Source: Azolla caroliniana
Lineage: Eukaryota; Plantae; Polypodiophyta
Direction of reading: 5' to 3'
DNA length: 64,000 bases
Assembly: GCA_043228905.1 (NCBI GenBank)
Contig: JBHGNT010000009.1
Coordinates: 19,530,001 to 19,594,000 of the forward strand
The notes beneath the pieces are model-generated. The model was not told where the DNA came from. It worked only from the letters and a program-made list of their open reading frames with translations, and ran no database searches. Below, piece after piece: positions 36,599 through 51,400 of this stretch (positions within the stretch are counted from its first letter, which is position 1; each line of letters opens with the position of its first letter). The position numbers and the translations under genes are program-made.

Positions 36599-39500
36599 AT
36601 GTTGTTGTCATGGCCGCCACGACTGTTCTGCCCTCTCTCCACGTCCTCACCCTCATCATCACTCCCTTCTCTCCGATGCCGACGACTCCATGCCCCAATG
36701 GAAAGACGAGGACCCTCCTTGGTTGTGATCTCTTCTGCTATCGGTGTTGGTGACCCACTCCCGAGACCTAATCATGATCATCAGCATCCTCAGACCCACG
36801 AGTTATCGTCCAGTACTGGCGTGGCGCCCTTGATCCCTCCCATCTCCATCAAGCTATGGAACCTTCCAGATCACCATTTGTTACTGCTCTCTACCGTTGC
36901 TTGCATGGTAAGTCTATTCTGACTTAGTGTAATAATCTGGTGCGTCGATGAGAGAGCAAGAGAGTCCACCTCGCGAAACAAATCATAAATACAAAAGTCG
37001 TTTTGGCATCAAGATTATAGAAGAAGGAGAAATGTCGCATGAAATATTGGACCAAAATCGAACAACCATATAAATGCTGAGGCAAACTCTCAGTTTCCTT
37101 TTGTATGTTGTAACTAACATTCATGAACACATTGACAGGGAAAAATTTGAACATGGTTTTCAAAGTAGTTTTAAACTCATTAACAGAGCAATTTTGTAAG
37201 GCTTTGTGATGTGCCATTATTGCCTCACACCACCACCCATCACGTGCATAGTAATTATGCTCTTTATGTCTGTAAAACAATCTTAAGGGTCATTAGTAGT
37301 CTTAGAACCACTTTTTATGCATTAACCACTATAATTTACCTCTAGGACTCTGAAATTTTCTTCAAAGATAATGTTTATACCAGTTGCTCTGAAGTTGTGA
37401 GAATCAGGAAGTGTTAGGAAAGACTACTTTATACTCCTAACATTGAGCATAAATGTAGCATAACTAATTCAGAGTATAGATACAACGTAGAAAAAACCAA
37501 ACCCCCTTTCCTCCAAAAATGAGATAGCTCACATAGTTTCTATTTGGCTTGCATGAACATTGTAAATCATGGGAATTTCCCTAACCAACCATCCTGTACT
37601 TGTCATTGCCTTAATTTCATTTGTTTGGTACCATTCAACAAATCATGCATGTATAAGCTTCTACTGGACAGAGGGACTTATTCATCACAATGTAGCTAAC
37701 ATTTTATGATTAAGGGACAAGAAAAATTCGTTGCTTCGTTATGTTACGATAATTAGTTAAATTTGACTGGCAAACTATTTCTATATAAGCCCCTACAGGA
37801 AAGAAAGAGACCTCGTGAAATTTTGAGCTCTAAAGACAAGCGGTGTATTTATGAGAAGAGGATAATTAGTCATATAATTTGGATTACTTGTTACTTAAGT
37901 ATTTAAATTTTGAAATGATGTATTTTTTCTTTTGCATTTTAGAAACCTCCAATGCTTGCTTTCTAATATAAATATTGACTTGAAATATTTGCACAGACAG
38001 GAGTTGCAGTCAGTGCTCTATTTTTGTCAGCCATTCCGACATTGTTGGTGAGTTTATTGCGTCATTTAACTTCAATTATCAGTTAATGTTGGTCCAAGCC
38101 TTCTAGTCTTGGAGTAAAAGGTTAGGTTCATATGAGGTAATAGATACCTGAAAAATATCCTTGCTTGTTTCACAAACAATAGATCTTTCCTCGAGTAGAG
38201 AGAGAAGAGAGTGTACTTACAAAAAGTAGGCTCCAATGTTAGAAGCATAATCTTAAGGACCACATCTATAGCTAATTTTAGTGGGTTAAGGGTAGGACGG
38301 TTGGGAAACCAATTATTGTAGTAACTGGGGGAAATGCATAAGCATTAGCCATAGAATTGGCCCTATAACATCCGATCACCATTTTGTTGGTTACTGTGGA
38401 GACATAAATGATGGGGTGTTGAGAATGTAGGGATTCTAGACTCAACCCACACAGCAAGACAAAGCAAAAGAGAAAACGAAGTTGCATATTGTATGTGAGG
38501 TCTAGTGTTGCATATGGACATAAGAGGGCATCAAATGGTTCTCCTTTGTCTTGAACCAGTTTGCACTCTTCAAACCTGAATCACTGCGTGATGTTGACTC
38601 GTGAAAAAATACCCTTTAACCATGATGAACTGAAAGTTCTCGTAGTAATGAACATGGCCAAGATCTGTAATTTTGAATGTCTTACTCAGATCATTCTTAT
38701 AAAGACTTGAGGCTTGCTTCAAGCCATACAAAACTTTATGAAATTTGTAAAGTTTAATGTCTGGACCTCTAGAGGCTGGGTAACAAGATCAGAACTAGAC
38801 TTCTTGTGAGAGGAAAAGGTGGCTTACAAATGCTCCTACACATACCTAGGAGTAACATTCACAGGGTCTCGGTTCTCCTAGGGGGAGGCTGCTTGTGCTC
38901 AACTTTCTCATGATAAGCAGCCCTTAGGTGCTCTCAAAAGACAATGCACATATTTGCAGTTCCAAGATCCACAAATTGAATTGTGGCTACTTGTCACGCC
39001 AACTCTTCTCAATAGAGTAGAAAACTACGGACTGAGTCCTAACAAGGTAAATAACTGGAAAGAGTTAGAGAGACCTTTATTGTCAATGATTGCCTGCATA
39101 ATGAGCAAAGCATTGGTGTCCCATGATATAATCTGACCAGACATGGGAGCAGCCCCAATAATCACTGAGGCATCATTCCGACCAGTGAACAATATACAAC
39201 GGCTTTGGGAGCTTACTAACTGCTATAATGTATAAAAGACTACTAAGTAATTTTTTAACTGGTTATGATATATTTGATGTTGGTTATTGTAACCAAGAAA
39301 TCATGATGTGGGAAGACCAACGGTCATAACCAAGAAATCGTGAAATGGGAAGGCCAGTGGTTAACTTAAGTGCTGGAATGAGGGGGGAAAACTCTTAAGC
39401 AGTTGTAAAACACGTGCTTCACACCAGAGCTTGCATCCCCATGTTATCCTTTGTCTATTCAATGCAAGCTCTGGTGTGAGGCACGTGTTCACACCAGAGC

Positions 39501-40641
39501 TTGCATTGAATACACAATGTAACATGGGGATGGTTTTGTATTGGATTTTGTGGATGTTTGTGTAAAGTTTTTGTGTATAGGTTCATGTGTATTTTTTTCC
39601 CTTTCCAGTATGTATAATACGTGTTAACAAAAATGAGCTGTTTACACCGTTTTAGGCTTTCAAGAGGGCTGCCGAATCATTGGAGAAACTTCTCGATGTG
39701 ACAAGGGAAGAATTGCCAGGCACAATGGCAGCTGTAAGGCTATCGGGGATGGAAATCAGTGACCTAACTATGGAACTCAGTGAAATAGGGTAAAGCAAAT
39801 TTATTTTTTGACAACCAGAATCAATATGTTGTTTCCAAGTGAGTAAAAGATGTGAAGTACATATTATGCCCATTTTATGGATCATTTGGGAAAATCGCAA
39901 TGATTTCAGCATGAAATTAATAACGTTGTCTCTAAATATTTCAAAATTGATCAAAGAAGATATATTGTTTGGATTCTGTTAATCAAGATCTTTCTTATGA
40001 CATGTCATATATAAATTCCCACATTGTTCTTAACATTGTTTATATTCATTCTTGTTTGAGACTGGAGAATTCCCAACATTATCTAGTATGGTTCTATATT
40101 AAACAGAAAAACAGTAAAATACATCTAATGTTTGGGTATTCACCAGAATGCCCAGCAAGTATTATCTATGCTCATATTATCTATTCTATCCCATTCAGGC
40201 AGGAGATTTCATCAGGTGTAAAAAGCTCTACTCGAGTAGTGCGTGCTGCACAAGATGGGCTGCGTCATGTGAGTAGCATCGCTACAGCAGGTTAGTATTT
40301 TGTTGCTTTGTCTTATATGGACATTCCTTTATGTAAAAAAACACTACTTTTGCAAGATCGTCTTTATGGGAGTTGATGAAAAGAAATTCTTTATCAGTTT
40401 TTTTCAAGATTGCCAACTAGCTTTTTTTTTCTGTTCAACTGTGGTAGCTCTTTTACAGGATCGAGTAATCTCAGCCCCAAGAAGATTAATGAAGCCAACC
40501 GTGTCAGTCGCAAGAGGTCTTCGTGAGAGTTTGACAGGCATGCGAACAATGTTTCGAAGCATTGTCACCCTAAAATATGTGATGAGCTGGATTGGAAAAT
40601 TCTGGAGCATGCGGGGGCGACTTTTGTTAAGAGGGCATTGA
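36599..40641 (+). CDS. Probable plastid-targeted single-TM coiled-coil protein, 259 aa (resembles Arabidopsis At5g09995/At1g08530 and cyanobacterial DUF948-like proteins, from memory). Exons 36599-36907, 37997-38047, 39656-39789, 40199-40290, 40448-40641
   Basis: All introns GT-AG; spliced length 780 nt, in frame; S/R-rich N-terminus; conserved AIPTLLAFKRAAESLEKLLDVTREELPGTMAAVRLSGMEISDLTMELS. Confidence 0.88.
38520..38765 (-). mobile_element. Old Copia RT remnant inside intron 2
   Basis: Minus strand encodes LYGLKQASS, close to the Copia LYGLKQA motif. Confidence 0.55.
39409..39531. repeat. Overlapping inverted repeats (A-A'-A) in intron 2
   Basis: cacaccagagcttgcat occurs forward (39420), reverse (39462-39478) and forward again (39490). 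Confidence 0.88.
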
Positions 40642-41964
40642 AATTGATTAATTCTTGAAAGCAGAAAGAGATTGGATTTAGATCTAGGTAGCTATTGCTA
40701 AAATATCTATATCAAGCTCAAGGTATAGATGGTTCCGCTATGGATATTTCATCCAAAAGTTTGTATCTATCCCAATATCACAATGGGTTAATGGGTTAAT
40801 GTTCTTGCTATGTGCACTTATTATGTAACAATCCTAAATTTCTACTTCCAATAGTTTGCATACATTCAGCTGTTGATTTGAAAACAAGATGGTTAACAAA
40901 TAACTTGTTTTTCGAAGGCAGTCTGCATTTGAGTGTCTTATTATTTAGATAACCTTTATTTGTACACAGTTGTAATCTGACACCTTTTGTGGGGAACTAA
41001 CATCATAGTATTTGTCAGAAACATGGAACACCAATAAGAAAGTTCGAAAAGTAACAAAAATAAGCTTGATATCTTTTGTTATTCTGAACAATCCTCAATA
41101 TTCCCGGAGTTATAGCTCTAATATAAAGATCATTTTAATACAACTTCGGGGTATTTATGGGAGCTCAAAATAGTAAATTTCGCTGCAAATGCTGTACACT
41201 GAATACTGGCTGGTTCCACAGCCAATTAACTGATTTAAATATTGCATTGGAAATGAGGTTTGATTTATGAGAAAGTGTATCAGTAATCTAATTTAGATTT
41301 ATAGCTTTGACTGACGGTATTTGTTATTCTTACCCACCTTACCTTTATGACATGATACATGAATTTCTCATCGCGTTGGCTTCAAAAGCTATTTTGGTGT
41401 TCAGTTCTTTTGTTCATGTTTACATGCAGCCCCTTACGAAAGTGTGATTTGATCGGAGAACTCTCTTTATCTTTTCAGGGATGGGTTTGAGCAATTTTGT
41501 TAGAGAATTAACATTTGGGGGATTTAGGTGTAACTTCATATAAAAGTCGTGGATAGTTGTCTACATGTATTACCCTAGATTTATTGTCCTAGTCCAAAAA
41601 ACCCTTGGCTTTGGCTATTTTCTTTGACCAATCATTAAGATTACTACCTAACAACCCTTCCTTTTCTATGCTTTCAAGTCATATGATGTGTTATAGGTCT
41701 CCTCACCTACCCCCATGGATGAGCATCTTTGTATGATTGTCTAAGGCTACATAATCTTTGCACTATGCAACACTTTTGGTACTTTTGAATGTGTAAATAT
41801 AGTATGCTTGTGAACAACTCTATTTGTGGCACTACTTGGCTGCATTGGGAGTCAGCAACAATTGGTATGACTTGAACCAAATTGTGGGATTGCAAGTTTA
41901 CTATTTGGTTCAAATTTAAAATTTGGCTCTATAAATAACTTGGATTATGAGAGAATTGCATGCA

Positions 41965-43545
41965 ATAATAACTTGGATACAAAAGAATCAGTATTAAAGA
42001 TGTCACCCCTCTTTTTGGTACTAGGTGATGAAAGTGCTATAAATCACCCATACTACTTGAACGAATTTATTTTGGCAAGGTAGTTTGATCGTTGCATTGT
42101 CTGGGAATTGCATCCGAGTCTGTACCGTGGAGGGGTACTATTCTACCAGTAAACCACCAATGCATACCATATATGGCTTACATTAGAGTTGTAATGAGAT
42201 TTATGGGCCCAAGAATCACCATTTAATTCAAATGTATTTTCATCACAATTTTTTACAACATTATCAGTGAATCCAAATTAATGTATGTTTCAAATCATCT
42301 TAACATCATTTTAGTATTGAAAATGGGCATCCTTCTAATCTTCAACTTTCTTCATAAAAAATTGACGCTCTATGGGTATATCACTGGTAACACAAAACAA
42401 ATTGCTATATTATACTCTTGTTAGTGTAGTGAAATTTGTAGGCTAAAGGAAATTACTTTCAAACAACAAGCACATACCTTACATTGACTCTCATTGTGGT
42501 TATTCTTCATCATCTATCTATATCAAATCTTATAACCTCTTGACCCCATTTTATGCTTTTTAAGGTAATTGGATTGTCCCACACAATCTATGATAATCAA
42601 GGGAATCGATATTCTAAGTTGTAGTACGAGTTAGACCAACAATGCCATGCGATATATAAATAACTTAGTTACAAATGAATCTATATTAGAGATGCAACCT
42701 CTTTTCTAGTACTAGTCGATAAAAGTGTTATAAATCATTGACACTACTCCAAGGAATTTTTAAACCTGGGCCTCTAGGTGGAATGGTACTATTCTCTAAC
42801 TAAGGTGCAAATAAATGCAATATATAGATAAGTTTTTTGGTTCTAGTCGATGAAAGCGTTATAAATCATTGATACTACTTAAAATGAATTTAATTCGGCA
42901 AGGTAGGTTGATCGTTGCATTCGCAAGAATTGGACACGAATTTGTACCATGGCAAGGTACTATTCTACCACTAGACCACCAATGCATGACAAATATTAAT
43001 TTCCACAAAAGTTTTGAAGTTTTATTTATGTAAGAATCGCCCTTTAATTCAAATATATATTTTTCACAATTGTTTACAAGATTATTTGTGAATCCAAATT
43101 AGCGTATTTTTCCAACCCTCCCAATAAAAAAATTGTATTGAAAATGGGCATCATTCTTATTCTCAACTTTATTCATCAAAGATTAACTCTCTATGGGTAT
43201 ATTTATGGTAACACAAAAGAAATCGCTAGGTTATAATGTTGTTAGTCTAAAGGAAATTACATTCAAACAACATGCAATACTTGATACTCACACTCATTGT
43301 GGTTATTCTTCTTCTTTTTTAAGTGCTCCAAATCTCATCACATCTTAGTTGATCTAGTATTGTGCTTTTTAAAGGTAATCTAGACTATTCGTGCCTTGAC
43401 TTGTGTGACGCAATGGACCATAATCAAGGGAATCGATATTCAAAATTCAAGTACTAGTTAGAGTATCCATGCATGCGATATATAAAGAAGTTGGATACAA
43501 AAGAATCTAGAGTAGAGATGCTACCCCTTTTCTAGTACTAATCAA
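41965..43545. repeat. Old degenerate tandem duplication (~0.7-0.8 kb units)
   Basis: Collinear blocks at 42020/42843 (gatgaaag..ataaatca..ggcaaggtag..gatcgttgcat), 42316/43136 and 42594/43421. Confidence 0.75.
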
Positions 43546-45407
43546 CAAAAGGCATGACATTACTCCACACTGTCGTCACGCCCAATCTTGACAGTGCCAA
43601 CATGGTTTGTTTCGCCTATCCATATGACATAACCATACAAGTCTGACGAGGACCAACTTCACCACCTCTTCACTACACTCCAACAACTCCATTGCCTCGC
43701 GGGGTGAACTCGCTCAAACCATCATGAAGAGTGACGATAGTTTGATCCCACCGCTACGCTTCATGCAATTAGGACTACGTGCCTAGCAAGCTACTTGGGA
43801 CAAGACTACTCACACCGGCATATTTAGCATTGAACTAGCTTCACTCTTCATGATGGCTCGAGTGTTGGTAGTTCTAAGGCCTGGTTTGGTTTGGTTTGAG
43901 TTCAACGGTTTTAAGTGTATATTTTTAAAATATTTGTTAGATATATTAACTCTATATAATACATAATGTGGTATAATATATTTGTTCTTTAAAAACAATG
44001 GCATTTATTTGTCAATTGTCATATTGACAAATGGGTCTTTAAAAACCATCTTATTTTTAGTTGACAGGGCAATCATGTAGCTCTACTTCCTACTGATCAA
44101 TCTACTATTCAAATATTCAGATATTTAACAATAACATTAACATGCTTTATAGCTATCCTATACCTTATGGTTCTGTGTCAATATGACCATATGATAATTC
44201 TTGTCTTTAGCACAACCTGTGTAATAGATTGATCCAAAAACTTCTAATTCAGATCTTCATTGTCATATGGTCGCAAAGAGTAAATTAGAAGTGAGAAATG
44301 ACACAAAGACTCATTACTTGCACCACAAAACAATCCAACTTAAGTACTGTATCATAGTAAAAAATTAAAGTTCATTAACGAAATCTAATGGTTGCAAAGG
44401 AGTTGCATGCTTTCACTCACAGAACCTATTTACGCCTCGTTTTGGTGGCACGTGATCTACCACTACATAACATCGTTAAGAAGGTAACAGTTGGTATGCT
44501 GGCAATTGTGATCACTCAAGTCACAAGCATAACATCAAGATGATTTTCAACAGCAATCACATCACTTGCATCAATCAACCATACATAGTCATTAGGCTCA
44601 AGCTTGAAAGGACATCAACCAATTGAGAGAATTATGAATATGTAACCTGGTGCAGTTGCAATTTTAACATCATATACAAAAAACATAAAAACCATGATAA
44701 AACCATGTTGCAATAACAATATTCTTTTCCAGACCTCTTAATGGGAGATTGATTGCTATTTTCAGCAACTGATGCTATGACACATCAAGACAGAAATAAT
44801 AAACAAAATCCACCACACTTCGCATATCGACATCTGCCACATTGCTTATAAGCATTGGTATCAAATAACCAGTGGCTGCAGAGAAACTTTACCTGCTAAG
44901 ACTGAAACACAAAATAGACGATTTTTTCCCCCTATTCGGAGATACATTCGGTGCAAAATTTTCAGGATCTCATTTCCTTCATAGAAAGTGAATGTTAATG
45001 TAATATATCCTGGTTTCCATTCTACGAGAGTAAATTTAATTTCACAAATTTTGTAACAATATAACAATACATCATAGGAAAGCAGAGATCATATCATTTA
45101 TCTGCACTGCTTCCCTCTTGAATGCAAATGGTCATGAGATATTCGCAGATCTAATCAGGACTACTTACATCAATGACTTCAAGAATAATCTCTTGACAAG
45201 CATAATCAGAAATTTACAAAATAGGGACGCTGTGATCATCTTATAGAACATAGAAAACCTGCGGAAAAAGAAGTGCATGGTACTCGTCAAAAATAGCTCC
45301 GGCGTTCCCTTTTCTCCTTGCTCAAACTTCTCGGTAGACATAAAACTGTGCAAAGACAATTCCCTTGATGTAAATAATGTGTTTTCTCTCCATGGAGATG
45401 GTTGTGA

Positions 45408-48400
45408 TCAAGCTCGAACTGTCTTCAAAGTTGATTCCGATAATCGACAATAGCCATTAGCTGGAGTCTTCAATTTCTTCTTCCCAGATGCAGTTCGACC
45501 ACCATTGGAAGTACTGCATTTTGGGCATATATACTCAAGCCCATCCGTTTTAGCATACTCCTAATATCAAACCACGGAAGGAAACTATTAAATATCATTA
45601 TTATATCGAGCACATAAAAAAATTATTAGCTGCAAGCAAAATTGTTGAACATTTTAAGGCCCCAATTGAACATTTTAAAGCATGATATGAAATTAATCAG
45701 ATACAAAAAAGACCTCTTTTACAAATGAGATGAACAATTAACTCTTGTCCTGGCATAGATGAAAATCCAGTATCTAAGATAACACTATCAACTGAAGGAT
45801 GAGACCACCAATAGCTTGAATGTGAGATCTGAAATCGCGTATGTTTCAAGTTAAGGTTTGAATCAGTAATTTCTCATGTCTACATTGTATGGTAATCTAT
45901 ATAATCATGTTAAGCTTTTCCAAGTGCTACCAGGGAAAGATATGCGGTTAGATCATTATAGTTCAATCCTTACAGATAAACTGTCTCCCCAGTTTAAATT
46001 TGCTTCCTGTGTCCATCTAGAATATTTTTTTAATATATAGCCTAGTATACAATGATATCAGAGATTATTAGCAAATATAGACAAAGGCAACTTAATATCT
46101 GCATCATAGCCAAGGATGAAACAGAACTGAATATAACCTTAAATGCACCCAATACATTCCGTTTGTCACAGCCATAATGTGCCCACTCTCCACAAATTCC
46201 ACAATTTACCCAATCACCAGCTGCGCTACTGAAAAAGTACCGAGTGTCAGACATCTTATTACGAAAACATTACATGACTTGCACTGGAAAAAGAACAGCA
46301 GAAAATTAGGTCTAACCTGTGGCATATGATACAACATTCACCATCCACATCATCATGTGCAAATTCGTACTCCAATAGGTATGTTTCATAGTGTTTCTTC
46401 AATGTATTCCCAACACCCTACACATTCCCACGCCATTGCAATTACAATATAATCTCCCTCTCTATCTCTCTCTATCTCTCTATCTCACATAGATCGCAAT
46501 CGGTCTCCCATGGACATTGAAAAGATATCTATCTATCTCTTTCTTTCCTAAAGAATATTGTTTTGTACAGCATACAAATTCACAAGATCGCTTTCAAACA
46601 TAAGAGAAATTGGAACAGTTGCAAATGACATGCTCTATCTTGCCATCAAGAATGTAACTGAAGCAGCTTCTCCAGATATAATGCTGGATATGGTACTAAA
46701 AATAATATGTTACCATGTGATGGCCACCCAGCTCATCACAAGGAAACATGTCCTCTGAGACTCTTTGAAATAGCCTGCACCTGTGACCATAAAGATGGAT
46801 GAAAATTATCTCTGGTAAGATAAACTTCCATGTACAGCCTGACATTTGAGAATAAATCCCCCATATACTGATATCCAAAAACCATATATACATCCAGAAA
46901 CTACTTAAAAAGCGTGATCAAAGTCACCATGAAACAGTATGATAGTTGTAGGTTGATCCTTTCGTGTAGCAGTCTGGAACCTAGTGCTTTATGCATCTGT
47001 AACTTTTATACAGCACCCTCTACAAGGGATTGAAAAAAGTTGAGGTGAGAACTGCATGTTTATTACTTAATGCTAAAGCAAATCTAGCATATCTGTCTTC
47101 TGATGTGATATTTGCATTTATGTTGTAATTAGAGAGTTTACTCTCTAAAAATATTCTAACACAACTTTCCATATGGGGACTAGAATATTACAGTCATTTT
47201 GTTGAGAATGGTATGGTTACGCATTTTTGAGAAAACTTGTCCCCTCCAATTGATGCCATTTCCTACATGGAACCCTCCTCTTGAGACCACCTGATTTTTA
47301 AGCACAAGAATGGCCTCAACAAAAAGTCTAAACTGACCTTCATATTACAATGCTCCAAAAACACAAACATATACCTCCTTATACAAGTTGTATAAATCAA
47401 GCCTTTTCCCATTTAACACAGCATCTGGAAAGGTTTCTACATCTGTTGACGCAGCAAGACGGCCGTGCCCACGTGAAATGAGAAACTGCATAACATCTTT
47501 CTTGAATTCCTCCTGTTCCATACCAGAAAAGTACATAAGAACATATATCTAATACAATCCATCGAGAGATGCTGCTATACAAGTACTGAACTTTGATGAT
47601 TCACCATAAACAAAAAGTGACATGGAACTCAAACCTCTGAGCACTCAAGCATGTGTCGGCGATTACAGCCATGTTTCTTCATTGGAACAGGGTTTAAAGA
47701 AAGCATTTGCGCAGGGGATGGAGCTCGAATACTTGGAGCTCTATTACTAACAGAAATGCTTGAATTCGGTGAGAGTATGGTTCCTATACTTGAGTTTGGC
47801 CGAGAAATTCTTCCACTTGAACCATTTGGCAAAGTTGCTTTCATGTTCAACATATTGTGAGCAGCAGCCACGACAGCTCCTGAATATGGCATTTCTTGGT
47901 TTGCATGCACATGAGGTATTGGTTTCATGGCCGCCATATAATTACATGTAGGTATCCGAGTTCCAATATCAGAAGATTCAGAATCTTCATCACCAGAAGA
48001 TTTACTATAGAAACTTCCATAACTGTCTATCCTTTGCCTTTTCCTACTTGGAACTGGGGGGGTTAACCACGATGGTATGTTAGAAGTATAATTACTATTA
48101 TCCTTTCTTCCAAGGTCAATTCTTCGGGGTAATAAGGTGAGAAACCTATCAGCATCCTTTCTTTGGAAAGAAGCTACTGGAAAACCTTGTATTCCAGCAA
48201 TACCCAATGCGACAAGCGTTCGAAAAGAGAGTTCAGGAGCAAGCTGTCGTAAGACCTGTCAGAAAGAAAAATAAGACCGAAGGAATAACATGGATAGAAT
48301 ACATGTATAGAATGACAAAAGCTACCTGCAATGCCCAAGTGGAGCTTCTAAACCTGACCTCCGTTACACTTTCACCACAGGCAATAGATGCAGATTTCCT

Positions 48401-51400
48401 TACATCTCCAACTGCACTTTTGCCATTTCTCGTCAAGGAAGATACAAATTTGCTTTTATCCATCAGTTCCTTCTTAATAGAATACTCTAGCATCTGTTAA
48501 GGATATAATGAATAATTACTTTACATTTTCATGGCATGCAGAGAAACTTTCACCAATTCAATAATTGCAAAGAGAAGATCTCGAACATCTAAATATTTCA
48601 GCACATTCAAACAAGTATATTGCTAACCTGATCATCCAAGCAAATATGTGCACTCCCAGCCACAAGAAGAGAGATCCGAGCAGACGCTGAAGTGCACACA
48701 TCACAGCGCATAGTCACAACACCTCGAGCTGGGGCTGTAATATTTGAAAGTGGTGAAGATGCACTAACATCCAGAAAAAAAAAAAAAAAGAATTAAACTA
48801 TGCCAACAAAGAAAAGTTAAGAATACAGGAGGAGATTCAAACTCAATATCTTGAATTGTGTTTAAACAGAAATTTAGAAATTTGCCCACTATAGAAAACA
48901 AGTACAGAAGTTTCTAACAGGAATAATATTTCGCATGAGGAGGCATACTGGCATTATCAGTATCAGATAAAAAAACCATTCTTGTTAGGTTTTCATAGGA
49001 AAGCACCTACTTCTCCAGATAATTGCTTCATATAGGTTGCCATAATCAAGGTTACCTAGACTACAGCATAGAGTGTTAAATGAATGACAATTTAACACCA
49101 GGTATCTGAAAACATCAGAAAAGTGCCTATGGAAAGCAAACAAACTCTCAAAATATGACAACTGTTTAGACATGTCCTCAAAGAAATAGCTTTTGGTTCC
49201 AGAAAACCAATAACCATAACCAAAACTTCAAAACATTTTTTTCGTAATTTGCATTCTCCATAAGTATCTATCACTCATTGTTGGTAAGAATCAGAACCTT
49301 GGTAATGATGGGGGACTAACATGACCCACAGGACCAGCAGTCGTTATAAAGCACTCTGTCCAGTCATTCAAGGTGGGGGTTTAAAATGGTAGAACAAAAA
49401 GAAATGTAAAATAGCCACTGCATTCAATTATTTCATGTTCCATGACTTTGGTTCTTTGGTTGATCAAAATAGACAAGCAATGAACCAAAGTTCATGAGTG
49501 ATATGGAACAAAAGCACACTCTCCAACTGGATGGGTAGGGGTTTTTAAATGGGAAAACAAAACGAAATGTAAAATGGTTGCTGAATTGAAACTGTTTCCA
49601 TCTTCCATGACTTCTGGCTGTTGATCAACAAGACAAAACGAAATGTAAAATGGTTGCTGAATTGAAACTGTTTCCATCTTACATGACTTCTGGCTGTTGA
49701 TCAACAAGACAAGCAAAGAACAGGCCTACCTTCTTCAGCAATGGTTCCATACTCATTAGGTATTCTTGAAATCTTGCTTGATAAAATCTTGATAAACTTG
49801 CTTGGATAATCTTGCTTAATATCTTCATAAGAGCAGCATTCTGAACTGATGTTCTTCCCCATAGTAGTCAAGAACAGTGAAATCCAGAAACAAGCTTAGT
49901 TTTTCATTTCAGCTTTTAGTTAAATTTTCTTTTATCTCTCATCTCACAGTTGAAGAGAGTGTTGGTCCTATGGATCATGTTTCATCCATCTGGTTGTTGT
50001 TTCTCATGTTGGTTATAAGAAATCCTAAAATAATCAATAAACCTCATGATACGTGGAATACTGGAGATAAATAACTTTGGGTTTTAATCCTGAAGTAACT
50101 GAGTTTTTGGGGAAAAGGTTTCTTTGTATGAGAGAACATAGAGTGAAAGATGAATGCAAGAGTTTAACATATGCAAATATTTCTCTACAGAGGCAGGCAT
50201 ATGACTGGCACGATTGCATAGAAATAGATTCCAAATACAATTAGTGGCATTGTGAATGCAATACAACTTCATCTGAATCAACCATAATAAGTATGAATTA
50301 TATTCACCTAATAGATCATAGGGGAACAAAAAGAAATTCCACCTCAAAACAATTGCCCATGCCATATAATAACTTACGGAGAGTGATATCAGCTATACAC
50401 TAGCCAAACATGATGTATTGAAATTGCTGCAAAATTTAGAAGCTGGTATCCCCAAATTTGATCACATGACTATACATGTAAGGATTAAGGACATGCAGAA
50501 GCCAAACCAATGCATTGCCCTAAGTTGGTAGTTTGAGAGATAAAAGGGCAGGAAAAATCACTTACGCTTACACATTGGGGAAATTGCTCACGTTTCACCA
50601 TATTCTGTATGATATTAAGAATGCATGGTCATTTTACAAAAATGCCATTTGAAGTAAAAAACACATGATGGGCGTTAATATAACGAAAATACAGACAAGG
50701 GGCACATCAGAATATGTGGTTAATGAAGACAATATGAACTTGACAGAGGAACACAAGGTGAATTGCATCTTAAAGGACCCAGATGGAACATGGAGAGTTA
50801 TCATCAAGTGAAGAAACATTTCTCCTCATGTAAAATCTTGAAAAGAATGGAAAAACTTGGATTATCGAGACACATGAAAGCAGTTGCAACCACTTATACC
50901 AATAAACAAGATGATGGTTGAAGACAAAAGAAGCCTGTTCTTTGTTCAAAGGTTTCTATTCAGTGCGTGGGCTTTTGCACATTGGAGTGATGGTACAGGT
51001 TATCCAAAGGTGGGCTTTGGGCATCGACCAGCAGCCAGCAGCTCTTGTTAATTTTCCCAATATTAATTATTAATAGGGCAACAATTGTATTCAACCTTAT
51101 ATCCATGTTCGGTCATTCTTCAATTATGTGTAGAGACTTCCAATGTGGCTAAGAAAAAGAACTCGTTTTCTCTCATCGTTTAATTTTCTTTTAAGTGCAT
51201 ATCCAAATATCTACACCAGGCCATCTGGCAAACCATTTCTAGATGTGTTGGACCCAATTTGGTGAGAAAAAATTGCTTTTGTAGTTTTTCTGTGTGAAAC
51301 TTTCATTGACAGACTAGATAAATGCCAGACAAATGTAAGTAAAAGTTACATTCTTGAACACAAAACATTATAGACTATCACCCTCTCACTAGTTAACCTT

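Noticed and set aside
43640-43680. CTGACGA as a hammerhead ribozyme core
   Set aside because: No flanking stems and no properly placed GAAA.
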